From NCBI GenBank assembly GCA_040954595.2, contig CM082576.2, positions 17,283,028 through 17,347,027 of the forward strand: 64,000 nucleotides of DNA. The letters are read 5' to 3'. Below, one piece after another: positions 54,161 to 64,000 of the stretch. The position numbers were made by a program, and so were the translations under genes. Numbering within the stretch: position 1 is the stretch's first letter; every line of letters begins with the position of its first letter. The stretch comes from Balanoglossus misakiensis (lineage: Eukaryota; Animalia; Hemichordata). A model generated the notes under the pieces. That model saw nothing but the letters and a program-made list of their open reading frames with translations, was not told the origin of the DNA and did not search any database.

Positions 54161-55352
54161 AAACACTGCTTGAATTTCTGCGATTATTAAGCCAACGGAA
54201 GCTTCACTAACACATAGGCGTACACACAGAGCACGCGGCACGATAATTTGTGTGCGTGGCCAGCTGATTGACCGACCCTATCTTATAATTTATATGGGAG
54301 AGAGCGGTTTTGTCTTGTTATATCCTACAAAAAGTGACCATATTAAAGTGGAGAAATAATGACCTGATAATTTGTGTGGCCGATCGACCGTCCCTATCTA
54401 AGGCCTATATTGGTATGTTATGCAAGACACACTATTCGAAATAACGCCTGTCCGACAGTCCGAGACTGGTTGTTTTTCCATCAGACTGATAGTAAAAAAG
54501 TTACCAGTCCGGCGGACAGGTTGAATTTAGCGTGGAGTTGACTTGTTTGCGGTATCATAGACGTACGTGACCCCATCGTGACCCTGGCTGTCCGGGATAG
54601 CACCACCAACGATATCTTTTAGACCATCCTCTGTTTATTAGGCCCCTAATTGCAATTAATTACCGTCCCTATGAATATTGGAGAGAAAGGGTTTGTCTTG
54701 GTATGTTATGCAAAACACTTGAATGATGAATTTTTTTTTTTAAATGACGTTTATGACATACAGATGTAACCGACCCCATAAGGTCCCAATGGTATATTAA
54801 CATCATACACCAAATTGGACTTAAAAACCAAAAATTGAAAGCCGCTGGAGTTTCTGCGACTATTTACCCAAACGAAGCTTTAGCCTAGTACTAACACACG
54901 CAAACAGCACGAGAGCGAACGGTTTTGTTTTGCTATGTTCTGCAAAAAAAAAAAAACTTGAATGATCGTGGAATTGAGGTAGTTATAGAAATCATGAATT
55001 TAAAGAAAGAAAGAAGTTGATGTATATGACGACAAATAATAAATAGACTATTTAGGCCTAATAGGAAAGTTTAAAAACAATGTAATGAAGACTGCTTGAA
55101 TTTCTGCGACAATGAACTCAACGTAAGCTGGACACTACTCACTCCGAGCCCGACCTGGTAATGTGTATGTTGTCCATCGAGCGATTATAGCTTAGGCCTA
55201 TACGGGAGAGAACGGTTTATGAAGTTATGTTCAACAAAAATATATGATCATGGAATTAAAGAATTTGGAGAAAAAAATTAATTCAAAATGGACGTTTACG
55301 ACGACAAAAAGGAAGACTGTTTAATGCAAAAGTTAAGAAAAAGGAAAAATGC

Positions 55353-55472
55353 AAGCCTACGGCACGTGGTATTCCCAGGCGGTCACCCATCCAAGTACTA
55401 ACCACGCCCAACGCAGCTTAACTTCGGTGATCGGACGAGAACCGGTGTATTCTACGTGGTATGGCCGTAGGC
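55353..55472 (-). rRNA. 5S ribosomal RNA (second copy, one difference)
   Basis: Same sequence except ACGTAGAAT vs ACGTCGAAT; TTTTT follows GCA downstream. Confidence 0.97.
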
Positions 55473-55654
55473 ACATACTACTGGAATTTCTACGATTATA
55501 TAGCTAATGGAAGCTTCACAGAGCACTCGGCACGATAATTTGTGTGAGGGGCCACAGGCGCCTGTAAAGATGCTTTGTTGATATTTTATTGATTGTAAGG
55601 TAGCTAAAAACGATAAATCAGTTGCTTTAGACGACCTCCCGATTTCACATTCTT

Positions 55655-55765
55655 AGGTGGCGGAATACCACTGACTGTAGCTTGATATACTGTACATAAC
55701 ATATAGAAGAAACATTTCTTCTATATGTTATATATCAGGCTATGGTCAGTGGTATTCCGCCACCT
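55655..55765. repeat. Palindrome/small MITE just upstream of RRP15
   Basis: AGGTGGCGGAATACCACTGAC ... GTCAGTGGTATTCCGCCACCT, with inner TAACATATAGAAGAAA/TTTCTTCTATATGTTA. Confidence 0.8.
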
Positions 55766-55924
55766 GTGGCTCATGCTATGGCCTATACCCCACTGTACAT
55801 ATGTGCCAACAAGAATTTCAACTCCTGTGGTGCAGCCCTCCCTAGGCCCTACACCCAAGCATCGAAAAAATTATCCGTGCACGAGCCTGAAATCACGTGA
55901 TTAATGAATAACACGCCGATCATC

Positions 55925-58900
55925 ATGGCCGCCGCCAGCTGCAAGCGAAAACGGAAGTCTAAAATCGAGAAGTCATCACAGATTTATTCGTCGCATGGTT
56001 CCGGCAGTGATGCTGACGCTGAAGAAGGTACTGTTCTCACATGTTTACCTTTGTTAAGTTTTCAAATAAGACTTTTGCCGTCCACACACAGACATAGTAC
56101 ACAATGTACCAGGTAAAGTCGTCGCTTCACAATGTATCACATGGCGGCTGCAGTTCAGTGGTTTTGCCGGATCTGGTTCTCTTAGTGGACACGACTATAC
56201 CCCATGGCAACGATACCATGGCAATGAGGGTGAGTTAGGGTTAGGGTTAGGAGGGTTAGGGGTGGCAATGTGAGGGTGAATTTAACCCTAACCCTAACCC
56301 TCCTAACCCTAACCCTAAAAAACCATATTATCGCCCGTGGAGTATAGTCGTGTCCACTAAGAGAACCAGATCCGTTTTGCCCAGCTGCAATGATTGTGGC
56401 GGGTGCTGCTAGGTTGACTGGTTTTCGCAGCCCTACCACCCACTACAAGGCCCTCTGTGTAAATGCCCTATCAACTTTCTGCAGCGGATCTGTTGTCAGC
56501 TTAGACACGGGCCGTTTAACACTAACACCCGGTAAAATTTAAAAACCACGCGGTTGCATCCCCCAAATAAACACCTCCGGGAGCACACAGACCTGTACGT
56601 AGCTGCAATGATTGTAGCGGGTGCTGCTAGGTGCATAACCGCTACAAGGCCTTGTGTGTAATTTTCCAATCAACTTTCTGTCGTCAGCTCAGTTATGGGG
56701 TTTAACTCTTACCTCCGATAACATTTGAAAACCGAACGGGTGCACCCCCCCCCCCCAAAAAAAAATAGCTAGATATGTATAAAGGGGGGGGGGGGGGGGT
56801 AGCAGAAATGGCCAAGTTTGGGCATATGATTGTAAAACTTATGTAAAGTATTTATTACCTTCAATTTGTAATTACCTTCAATTATTGCTATTTTTATGTT
56901 TGTATGATGAATAAAATATTTTGTTTACAGATGTTGAGTTACTGTACATTTATAGGACAATTTTGGGGGAAATTTGGGCGTCGGAGATGTTTTTTGGGGG
57001 GGATGCACCCGTTCAGTTTTCAAATGTTATCAGAGGTAAGAGTTAAACCCCGTAACTGAGCTGACGACAGAAAGTTGATTGGAAAATTACACACAAGGCC
57101 TTGTAGCGGTTATGCTGCACACCAGTCAACCAAGCAGCACCGGCCGCTACAATCATTGCAGCTAACCTGTACGTTGCTGCAGACTGTTTTGCAGTCCGCG
57201 ACTACCCTTGACGATTTTTTTATCGTCCAAAACAAAAATTGTCAAGGGGAGTAGTGGAGCTACAAAACTGCAGCAATGGTAGCTCCATGCTCTACCTTAC
57301 TGCCGTCCACTGACACTAACACTCATGTTTCACTTGCTTTATCGCATTTTCCTTGCTCCCTAGTATGGGTACGTACCTTGAGCCAAGTTTTTCTGTGTTA
57401 GGGGGCTGCGCCTAAAGTGCCGAAATGACTGGGTGTGGACATTGGGGGCTGAAATGACTAGGGCCGAAAGGGTTTAGTGCAGAAACGACTTGTTACCGTT
57501 TAAATCAATGTAATCAAAGTGACAGGGCATGTTCAGTGCAATGCGGCCAGGGCTGTGTTTGTTTTGGGGCTGTGTTCTCTCGTTGTCATACTGGTTGACT
57601 GTCTTTCACTTGGCTTGTTGAGTCCAACTGTCCTCTTCATACTTGGAAGTTGTCACATCGACAACCACTGTCAAAGTATGATATTATGTCTTTTGATTTT
57701 CATGCCGTTTTTCTTTTCTCTGACATTATGGTGGAATATGGTTTGAGTGAAAGCAACGCGGACATGTGATCTGAATGCCATGTTTGCTACAGAGGCTGGA
57801 AAGGTCTCATGAGATTATGTCATCATCGTAAACCACCTCCTCTTTACAGCAACAGTTTTAGCTTTGCCAGGAGAGGCAGTGGTTGATATCCCATGTTTTT
57901 GATTATTCATTCATTGGCCAGTTCCAGCACTGGCGAAACAGAGCCAATCAGAATGTGTGTCTCATAAATGTATTCACACGTAAATTAAAGCCACAGTATT
58001 TCTCGTAGGGGCAAAATTTTGTTTGAAACGGCATCTATAATTTCTAAAAGTAGATGATAATTGATACTGAATCGAACAGTCATCATCCCCAGCTCTGCTG
58101 ATAAACTCATACAATTTACAATATAACGAGTGAAGAATGACTTTCTGTCCGGACAGAAAGTCACGTGAGTCAGGCTAATGTTGACACACGTGACTAGTGC
58201 GCATGCGCACTCAAATGTGAATCTATGCGGAAGAGGTTTGGTCGCCCCAAATCAAGCGACTCAGCGAAGAAATGCGCACTAATTCGGCGAAATTTTGGGA
58301 AGATAACTTTATGGGAGAAATCAGTCGATGGAACCAGATCAAATCCGAAAATGGTCTGACCATCAAAATGTCAAAGTGGCACGTTTGCTGATCGACATGT
58401 ACAACATTTCCGTTGTAAACAAACCCGCGCATCATTTCAAGTGTTACGGGCAATATTTTCGGCTTGCATGTAGCTACAGTTGCCCAAACCTTTCTTCTAT
58501 CTTCATTATGTAGTATTCCATGATGGATGTACTGGAAAAACGGGCTTTTTTCGATGATGAAAAATGGATGCACACGAGAAATACTGGGGCTTTAAGCCAC
58601 TGTAAACCATCACTTTGCCAAAGCCGATTACCAAATATCACAAGAGCGACGTATTTCATAAAGATAGCACGCGTAGGTGCATTTAATTAAATACAGCGAT
58701 GAGTTTACTTATGTTAGTTGTTACGAACCAAAAACTCGCAACACAAACACCCAGACAGCAACAACAATGATACACAGTACACACAAAGTTATATGTTTCA
58801 CTGCGAATCTATTTGTCACAGGAAGAAAATTAATATCATAGTACAAGCACTGAAACTTAAATGTTACTAGGGTTCTTACTGAAATATTGTAATGTCCTCA

Positions 58901-60573
58901 AGAAACTTGTATCAGTTCCGTGGTAATATTACACACGTGGTGAGCGGACGCGATAATTCAGTGTTCCGTGAGTTCTCCGCACCGACCCGACGATGGTTCA
59001 CGCTGGCGTGCTGCTTTCTCACACAGTTCTTTCCTGAAGTTCTCTCAGAAGAAATGAACGGGTTCACTTCACTTACAGTTGCTGGCGTAGACATGCATTT
59101 TAAGTCCGAGAGCAACGCTGAATTTAAACCAACAGGACATACCGACGTGCTGAACTTCAACACCGAGCTCCCACGGGGATTACAAGATTCCAGTCCCAAA
59201 TCGCTCATGGCCGAGTACAACTTGTCTGATTTCTGGTCGGCTCATGCCACTAACTTGACTGCCGTTGCCGAGAGTCAAAAATCAGAAAATCAAAAACCCT
59301 TACGTAATATTCAAAATACCCAGGTGTAAGGCTACTACAGCTAACACTATGTTAATGACGTACACCCTTATTGTTCATCCACCACTGATATTTAAATTCT
59401 ATGCATTTGTAGTACAATCGTAACACCTTATCAATTCATTGATGATTTGAAGATTTCCATTTTTTATCAAACCAGGTACATGTACTTCTGAGCATGTTGA
59501 GTTAATGTTTGGTTGACAGTGTTTCCTTTTTTTTTGCCAGCAGAGAATATTGAAGAGATAGACAGTGAAACCAATCAAATGGATTTGTCAAACCCGGAGT
59601 CAGAAGACAGATTGAGTCTTAAAGAAGGTACACATGTGGATGAAAGTGAAGAAACAAAGAAATCGGGATGGGCTGATGCTGTATCAAAAATCCTCGCAAA
59701 ACCAACGGGAAAAAAGATTCTCATAAAAGCTAGCAAACGTCAAGATAAAGATGAGGAAGAAAAGGCAACAGCAATTGAGAAGGTTTGTGGTTTTATATTA
59801 AGTCCTTTACACCAATGGTCAAATAGACTAATGCGCTCGCCGCTGTGTGGCATATGCCTTAGACAACTGTTATTTGAAATTGCTGCATCCCATTCACATT
59901 GATGTGTGGTATGATGAATATAATTACAGTCGTTCCCATCTGGCTTCGAACGTTCATGTTGATCTAAATGTTATCACACTTGTGTAATTGGTTTGTGAAG
60001 TTGATTCCAACTTTGCTACAGTTGTTGTACAGTTTATATGCTTTGCGGCAAACACAAACAGGATTAATGGTTTCTTACCCGGTAGGATGCTTCGCCAGTT
60101 TGTTTAAAGTGTAAGACGATCCTCTTACGACACCCGTAATACCCCACTGTTAGTATTGTTATCAATCTCGATATAACCTCTTTGAATTTACCGCAACATC
60201 AGCAACTGGGCGCCGAAACTGAAGTAAGATAAGGAACAACTTGGCAAACCAAATGTGCAAGTATGGTAACATTTAGATCAACATTATCGTTCGAATCCAG
60301 ATGGGAACGATTGTAACCAAGTGCAACAAATACTCTATCTCCCATTTGCTTAATATGCATGTAGCAGTGAGAGCTTATGGCAGTTTAATGGGGGGAATGT
60401 TCATAGTTATTGTAGAACATCGGTGAAATATCCAAAATTATGTAGACAATCACGCTTTTTATGTTTATTTCAACATAGAGGAAGCAGAAAAGAGATTGGG
60501 ATGAAATGTCCAGAGTGAAACCAAAAGTTACCGAAAGAGAGTTTGAAAAGTCCTTGCAGAGAACTGCAACAAG
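55925..60573 (+). CDS. RRP15: RRP15-like ribosome biogenesis protein, first 3 exons (3'-partial)
   Basis: Exons 55925-56027 (MAAASCKRKRK..), 59541-59782 (..SGWADAVSKIL..), 60479-60573 (RKQKRDWDEMSRVKP..EKSLQRTATR); phases 1 and 0 are consistent. The expected GVVQLFNAV exon was not found in the window. Confidence 0.85.
56168..56374. mobile_element. MITE with ~35-bp TIR, 6-bp TSD and internal inverted TTAGGG arrays
   Basis: CGGATCTGGTTCTCTTAGTGGACACGACTATAC ... GTATAGTCGTGTCCACTAAGAGAACCAGATCCG; TTTTGC at 56162-56167 and 56375-56380. Confidence 0.9.
56382..57163. repeat. Foldback repeat with a tandemly duplicated left arm
   Basis: 56600-56760 is inverse to ~56995-57163; a diverged direct copy of the arm lies at 56382-56580. 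Confidence 0.75.
59927..60313. mobile_element. Tc1/mariner/pogo-like MITE with ~75-bp TIR
   Basis: TA|CAGTCGTTCCCATCTGGCTTCGAACG ... CGTTCGAATCCAGATGGGAACGATTG|TA. Confidence 0.8.
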
Positions 60574-60859
60574 GTTAGTGTTATGACGTGTTTGACAAAA
60601 AATGTTCTGCAATAGACTCTCTGACAGCTCACGGTTCGCTACAAAGCTCTTCACTTACACGCCCTCAACTATTTAGCAAAGGAGAAGACCAACGTACTGT
60701 TGTGTAGCAAACCTCACATGCAATCAGACTATAAGCCTACATAGACGGCGAGAGGGGCTGTGAGGGAGTCTAGTTCTGCAAATGCTATTTTGTCATATTT
60801 ATCTCCAAGGGTTCAGTCTGCCAATAGCAGTCATTTTAATCCCTGTAGACTTATACCTC

Positions 60860-62601
60860 AGGTAGTTTTGGGGTTTTTGCTGGACTTCATGATTTCGATG
60901 AGTTCGTCGTCACTGTAGTCCTCTTCGGCGATGTGGCTGTCACTCTTCACCCATTCATCTGCGTCGCTAACTTCGATGTTCAGGTCACAGAAGACGTCGG
61001 TATTAAGTGGGGTGGAGCTGTCAGGTGCGGCTTTGGGGCTGCTATTTTCACTGCGATCACCAATTTTGAAACCTCTGTACCAACGCTTCGCAATTGACTG
61101 TGATGAAACTGGATGATTCCTTGATCTAACGGTTGACTTTTCGTATTAGTGTTCGGTGGTAGAAACATGCAGACGATGCCGCCGTCTGCCGACTGCAACA
61201 TTGCGCCGTGGTTGTGGGACCCCGCGTTTGTCGATGATGAGAACAGCTTTCGGGGGGAGGCTGCGACTGACGAGATGCGCACGAACTTGCGGGATGAAAC
61301 TATCGTTGAAGCCACTGTTGAAAATCTCGGGACACATCCAGGCTTTTCATTGACTCCTGTAAATGACTGGCAAAGTCTCTAAATTTAAGTTCTTGAAACA
61401 GCGTGGCTTGGCATAATGTCCGATGACAACCGGTTTCAACTTGTGCTCTCCAGTAGCATTCACACAAGGAAACACTGTGATGCGATCTTTCCGCTTCTTG
61501 TGACCTGATGAGCGATCTTCACACTCATGAGCTAGAGTTTTGTCCGGCAGAGACCGCCAAAACAATCCAGTCTCGTCTGCATTATAAATCAGCTCTGGAG
61601 TCAGCTGCTTCTCTTCAATGACCAGTTGAAGTTTCTCGATAAACTCGTTGATTGTCGAATCACCAACAGAAAGCTGCTCCCCCTGGACTGAAAGTTGGCG
61701 AATCCCGTGGGACTGAAAGTTGGCGAATCCCGTGTCGTTCCTTTAACCGTTTCAACCACCCCGATGAAGGCCTCCACTCTTCTTCTGATGACCCCTGACC
61801 CTCATGTAACTTCTGATAGAGGAGTGCCGCTTTCTTCTCTATCAGCATGGGGCCAGAGATGGGTGCACTCTTTGCTTTGCTCGCTGCTGCATGAACCAGA
61901 GATACATTGTAGACTGCACCGTCGAGCTTCTCGTCTTTAGCTGTCTTCATCGTCTTTCCATTCTGCGTGGCTTTGACAGAATCAGATCGGTCGATAAACT
62001 TTTCCAGTGATGAACAGCTATTCTTTATGTCAGTGATCGTAGATCGACAGACACTGAACAAAACCTATACAGTGAAGCTTAGGAATAGCTTTCCAACTGC
62101 ACCAACACTGGGTCAACTCTGTTTAAACACTGGGTCAACTCTGGGTTAGCACCCTATTGGCGCTCTAATTAGCACCTATTGGGCTTGTGTTTAACTGGGG
62201 TGTGCCAAAACAATAGGGTGCGCCAAGATTTCACACTGAACAATGCCAAGTGCCAGGGCCAACAGATTCACACCTTTGTAACACTTGGAACACATTGGCT
62301 AACACTGTGTGCCAAAACAATAGGGTGCGCCAAGGTTTAACACCTTTGTAGCACATGCTAACACTGAACAATGCCAAGTGCCAAGGCCAACAGATTCACA
62401 CCTTTGTAACACTTGTAACCCATGGGCTAACACTGTGCTGACCCATTATAAACACCATGTCAGCAAGTTGGTAGCAAATTGGAAAGCTATTCCTAAGCTG
62501 TACTGTAACTTGCCTGCCTTCTCGCCACGGTCGAGACACCTGATGATCTCCTGCTCCTGCTCGATAGTAAGGACCTTGCGTTTTCTCTTGATCGGAGGCA
62601 T
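60860..62601 (-). pseudogene. Tigger/pogo (CENP-B/Jerky-like) transposase, frameshifted and interrupted
   Basis: MPPIKRKRKVLTIEQ (HTH), PISGPMLIEK, SSGWLKRLKERHGIRQL, YNADETGLFW..LPDKTL, KDRITV..NATGEHKLKP..PRCFK, FLPPNT..QPLDQGII in shifting frames; ~25-bp duplication near 61686-61733. Confidence 0.9.
62070..62505. mobile_element. TA-targeting MITE nested in the Tigger transposase
   Basis: TA|CAGTGAAGCTTAGGAATAGCTTTCCAA ... TTGGAAAGCTATTCCTAAGCTGTACTG|TA; splits the HTH coding region; internal tandem duplications. Confidence 0.8.
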
Positions 62602-64000
62602 TGTAGATGTGCTGTGATCGTTGGCATAAGATGGAATGATAACGTGGCTTTGCCATTGGACATTTATTTGTTTTACCATGCGAACATAATTTGCGAGTGT
62701 GGATGAAATTTTTTTCTCTTTTATCATGCCGTTAAGTTAAGTGGGGGTAAGCATTTCTAGCCCACCTTACCGAAAAGACGTCGGTTAGCGGAAAAGGCGC
62801 GTTGAACTTCTGTTGTTTTTACCGCCCTTCAATTGACCAAATAATTAAGTGTGAATGATAGAAGTTAATGTGTAAACAGTGTTAAAACTTTAGCGGCAAT
62901 CAAGTTACTTTGTCGGCGATTATTTTTAATTGTGGATTCAAGAATATGTACTTGCCACGGCAGTGATTGACATCAGAACAAAGAATGGGGACTTTTGATG
63001 GGACCATGAAAATTTGTTCGGATAAACCGAATTTCGAATAATGGCTTCCGGATAATCAGCGTCCGACTGTATCAGGTATGGTGCCTTATCAGCCTCATGG
63101 AGTTTCGTCTGCATAGTCTTTGTCTGGATCATGTTGCTGAAGTTGGCCGTCATCTGGAAATTTGAATGCCAATGTAAATGCCGTCTTAGCGCGTCTGACG
63201 TCATTTGATATCCATAATGTATGAGATGAAGCCGAATACATTATGGAGCACAATGTGTGCTTGAGTCCATTATGGGTCTTTGGGGCGTTCATTATTCTCA
63301 TTATTTTATAGTTTTGTCAATGCCAGTGAATTTGCAGACTTCAAAAAGTATAGGTGCGAACAATTCAGACTCGGACACGGAGATCGAGAACAGAGCAATG
63401 GCGTACGCGTAAACAAAAGGTCACCTGATCCCGGTGTGTCAGTGTACTGTACATTTCTAGTATCATATTCAAACATCAAGAAATAAATAATGAAGGTTTT
63501 TTAATGCATGTGAAAATTCACTTAAGTGTTCTGCTGAAATATATCTGAAATAGTTTTGATTTTTGTGAAATATTGCATTCGTTTGTGTTCTCAGGAAAAT
63601 TCACGTATACGGGCGCTCTGAAGGTTGCATGCAATACATAAACAAACTCACCCTCGATCGACCCTCCGTATCGCGTGGACAACATGACAGTGACACGGCA
63701 TAATTTTTTACGTATAGCTTCGTTGACATGACTACTTGGTACATGGTACACGGTATTTATGGTGAATCCAGCATCATGGAGAGGTTTGCTTTACGTGCGT
63801 GAGCGAGCCATGTTGACGACGCAGTAGGAAGAAAAAAATAAACAAATCGCCAGTCGAGGTCAGGTTTGGAAATTAATAAATATCGCCGTATTTATTATGT
63901 ATACGTTTGCATTTCTTTTTTAGCCCTTAAAATGTTCGCATTGTTTGAAAACCTCCTTTATTCTGTCAGAAATTGTACACGCCCAGCGCGTCGCACGTCC

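Larger units (their letters stand above)
52889..55639. repeat. Two ~1.3-kb 5S rDNA repeat units enclosed by 85-bp inverted repeats
   Basis: IR 52889-52973 vs 55554-55639 (1 substitution, 1 indel); spacer blocks recur at ~1.28-1.31 kb offset. Confidence 0.9.

Noticed and set aside
56230-56320. Telomere-telomere fusion site
   Set aside because: Short degenerate tracts enclosed by TIRs and a TSD, so a MITE.
58150-59330. ORFs in RRP15 intron 1 (58328-58513 with HHFKCY; 58892-59329)
   Set aside because: No convincing domain or splice structure; possibly a decayed transposon, with boundaries not identifiable.

Overview
AT-rich, intron-rich animal genomic DNA. Several intron positions are vertebrate-like and the repeat content suggests an invertebrate deuterostome, but the taxon is not provable from this window. 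Genes: 3' two-thirds of NXF1/TAP (+, 544-11986); a complete 7-exon 15-hydroxyprostaglandin-dehydrogenase-like SDR (-, 14440-34387); FBXO22 (-); an uncharacterised helical-repeat gene, possibly degenerate (-); and the first three exons of RRP15 (+). Mobile DNA: a young Ty3/Gypsy element with a 5' deletion, a Helentron-like tandem array, a LINE 3' fragment, a Tigger pseudogene and many MITEs/foldbacks. Three highlights. (1) The NXF1 intron between the 110-nt and 37-nt exons carries a hairpin matching the retroviral constitutive transport element (CTE), at the apex of a ~500-nt nested fold, with a stop codon right at the donor site. (2) The Gypsy element encodes a MYND zinc finger reachable only by a -1 ribosomal frameshift. 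(3) An almost exact, circularly permuted dimer of 5S rDNA sits at the centre of a palindrome.
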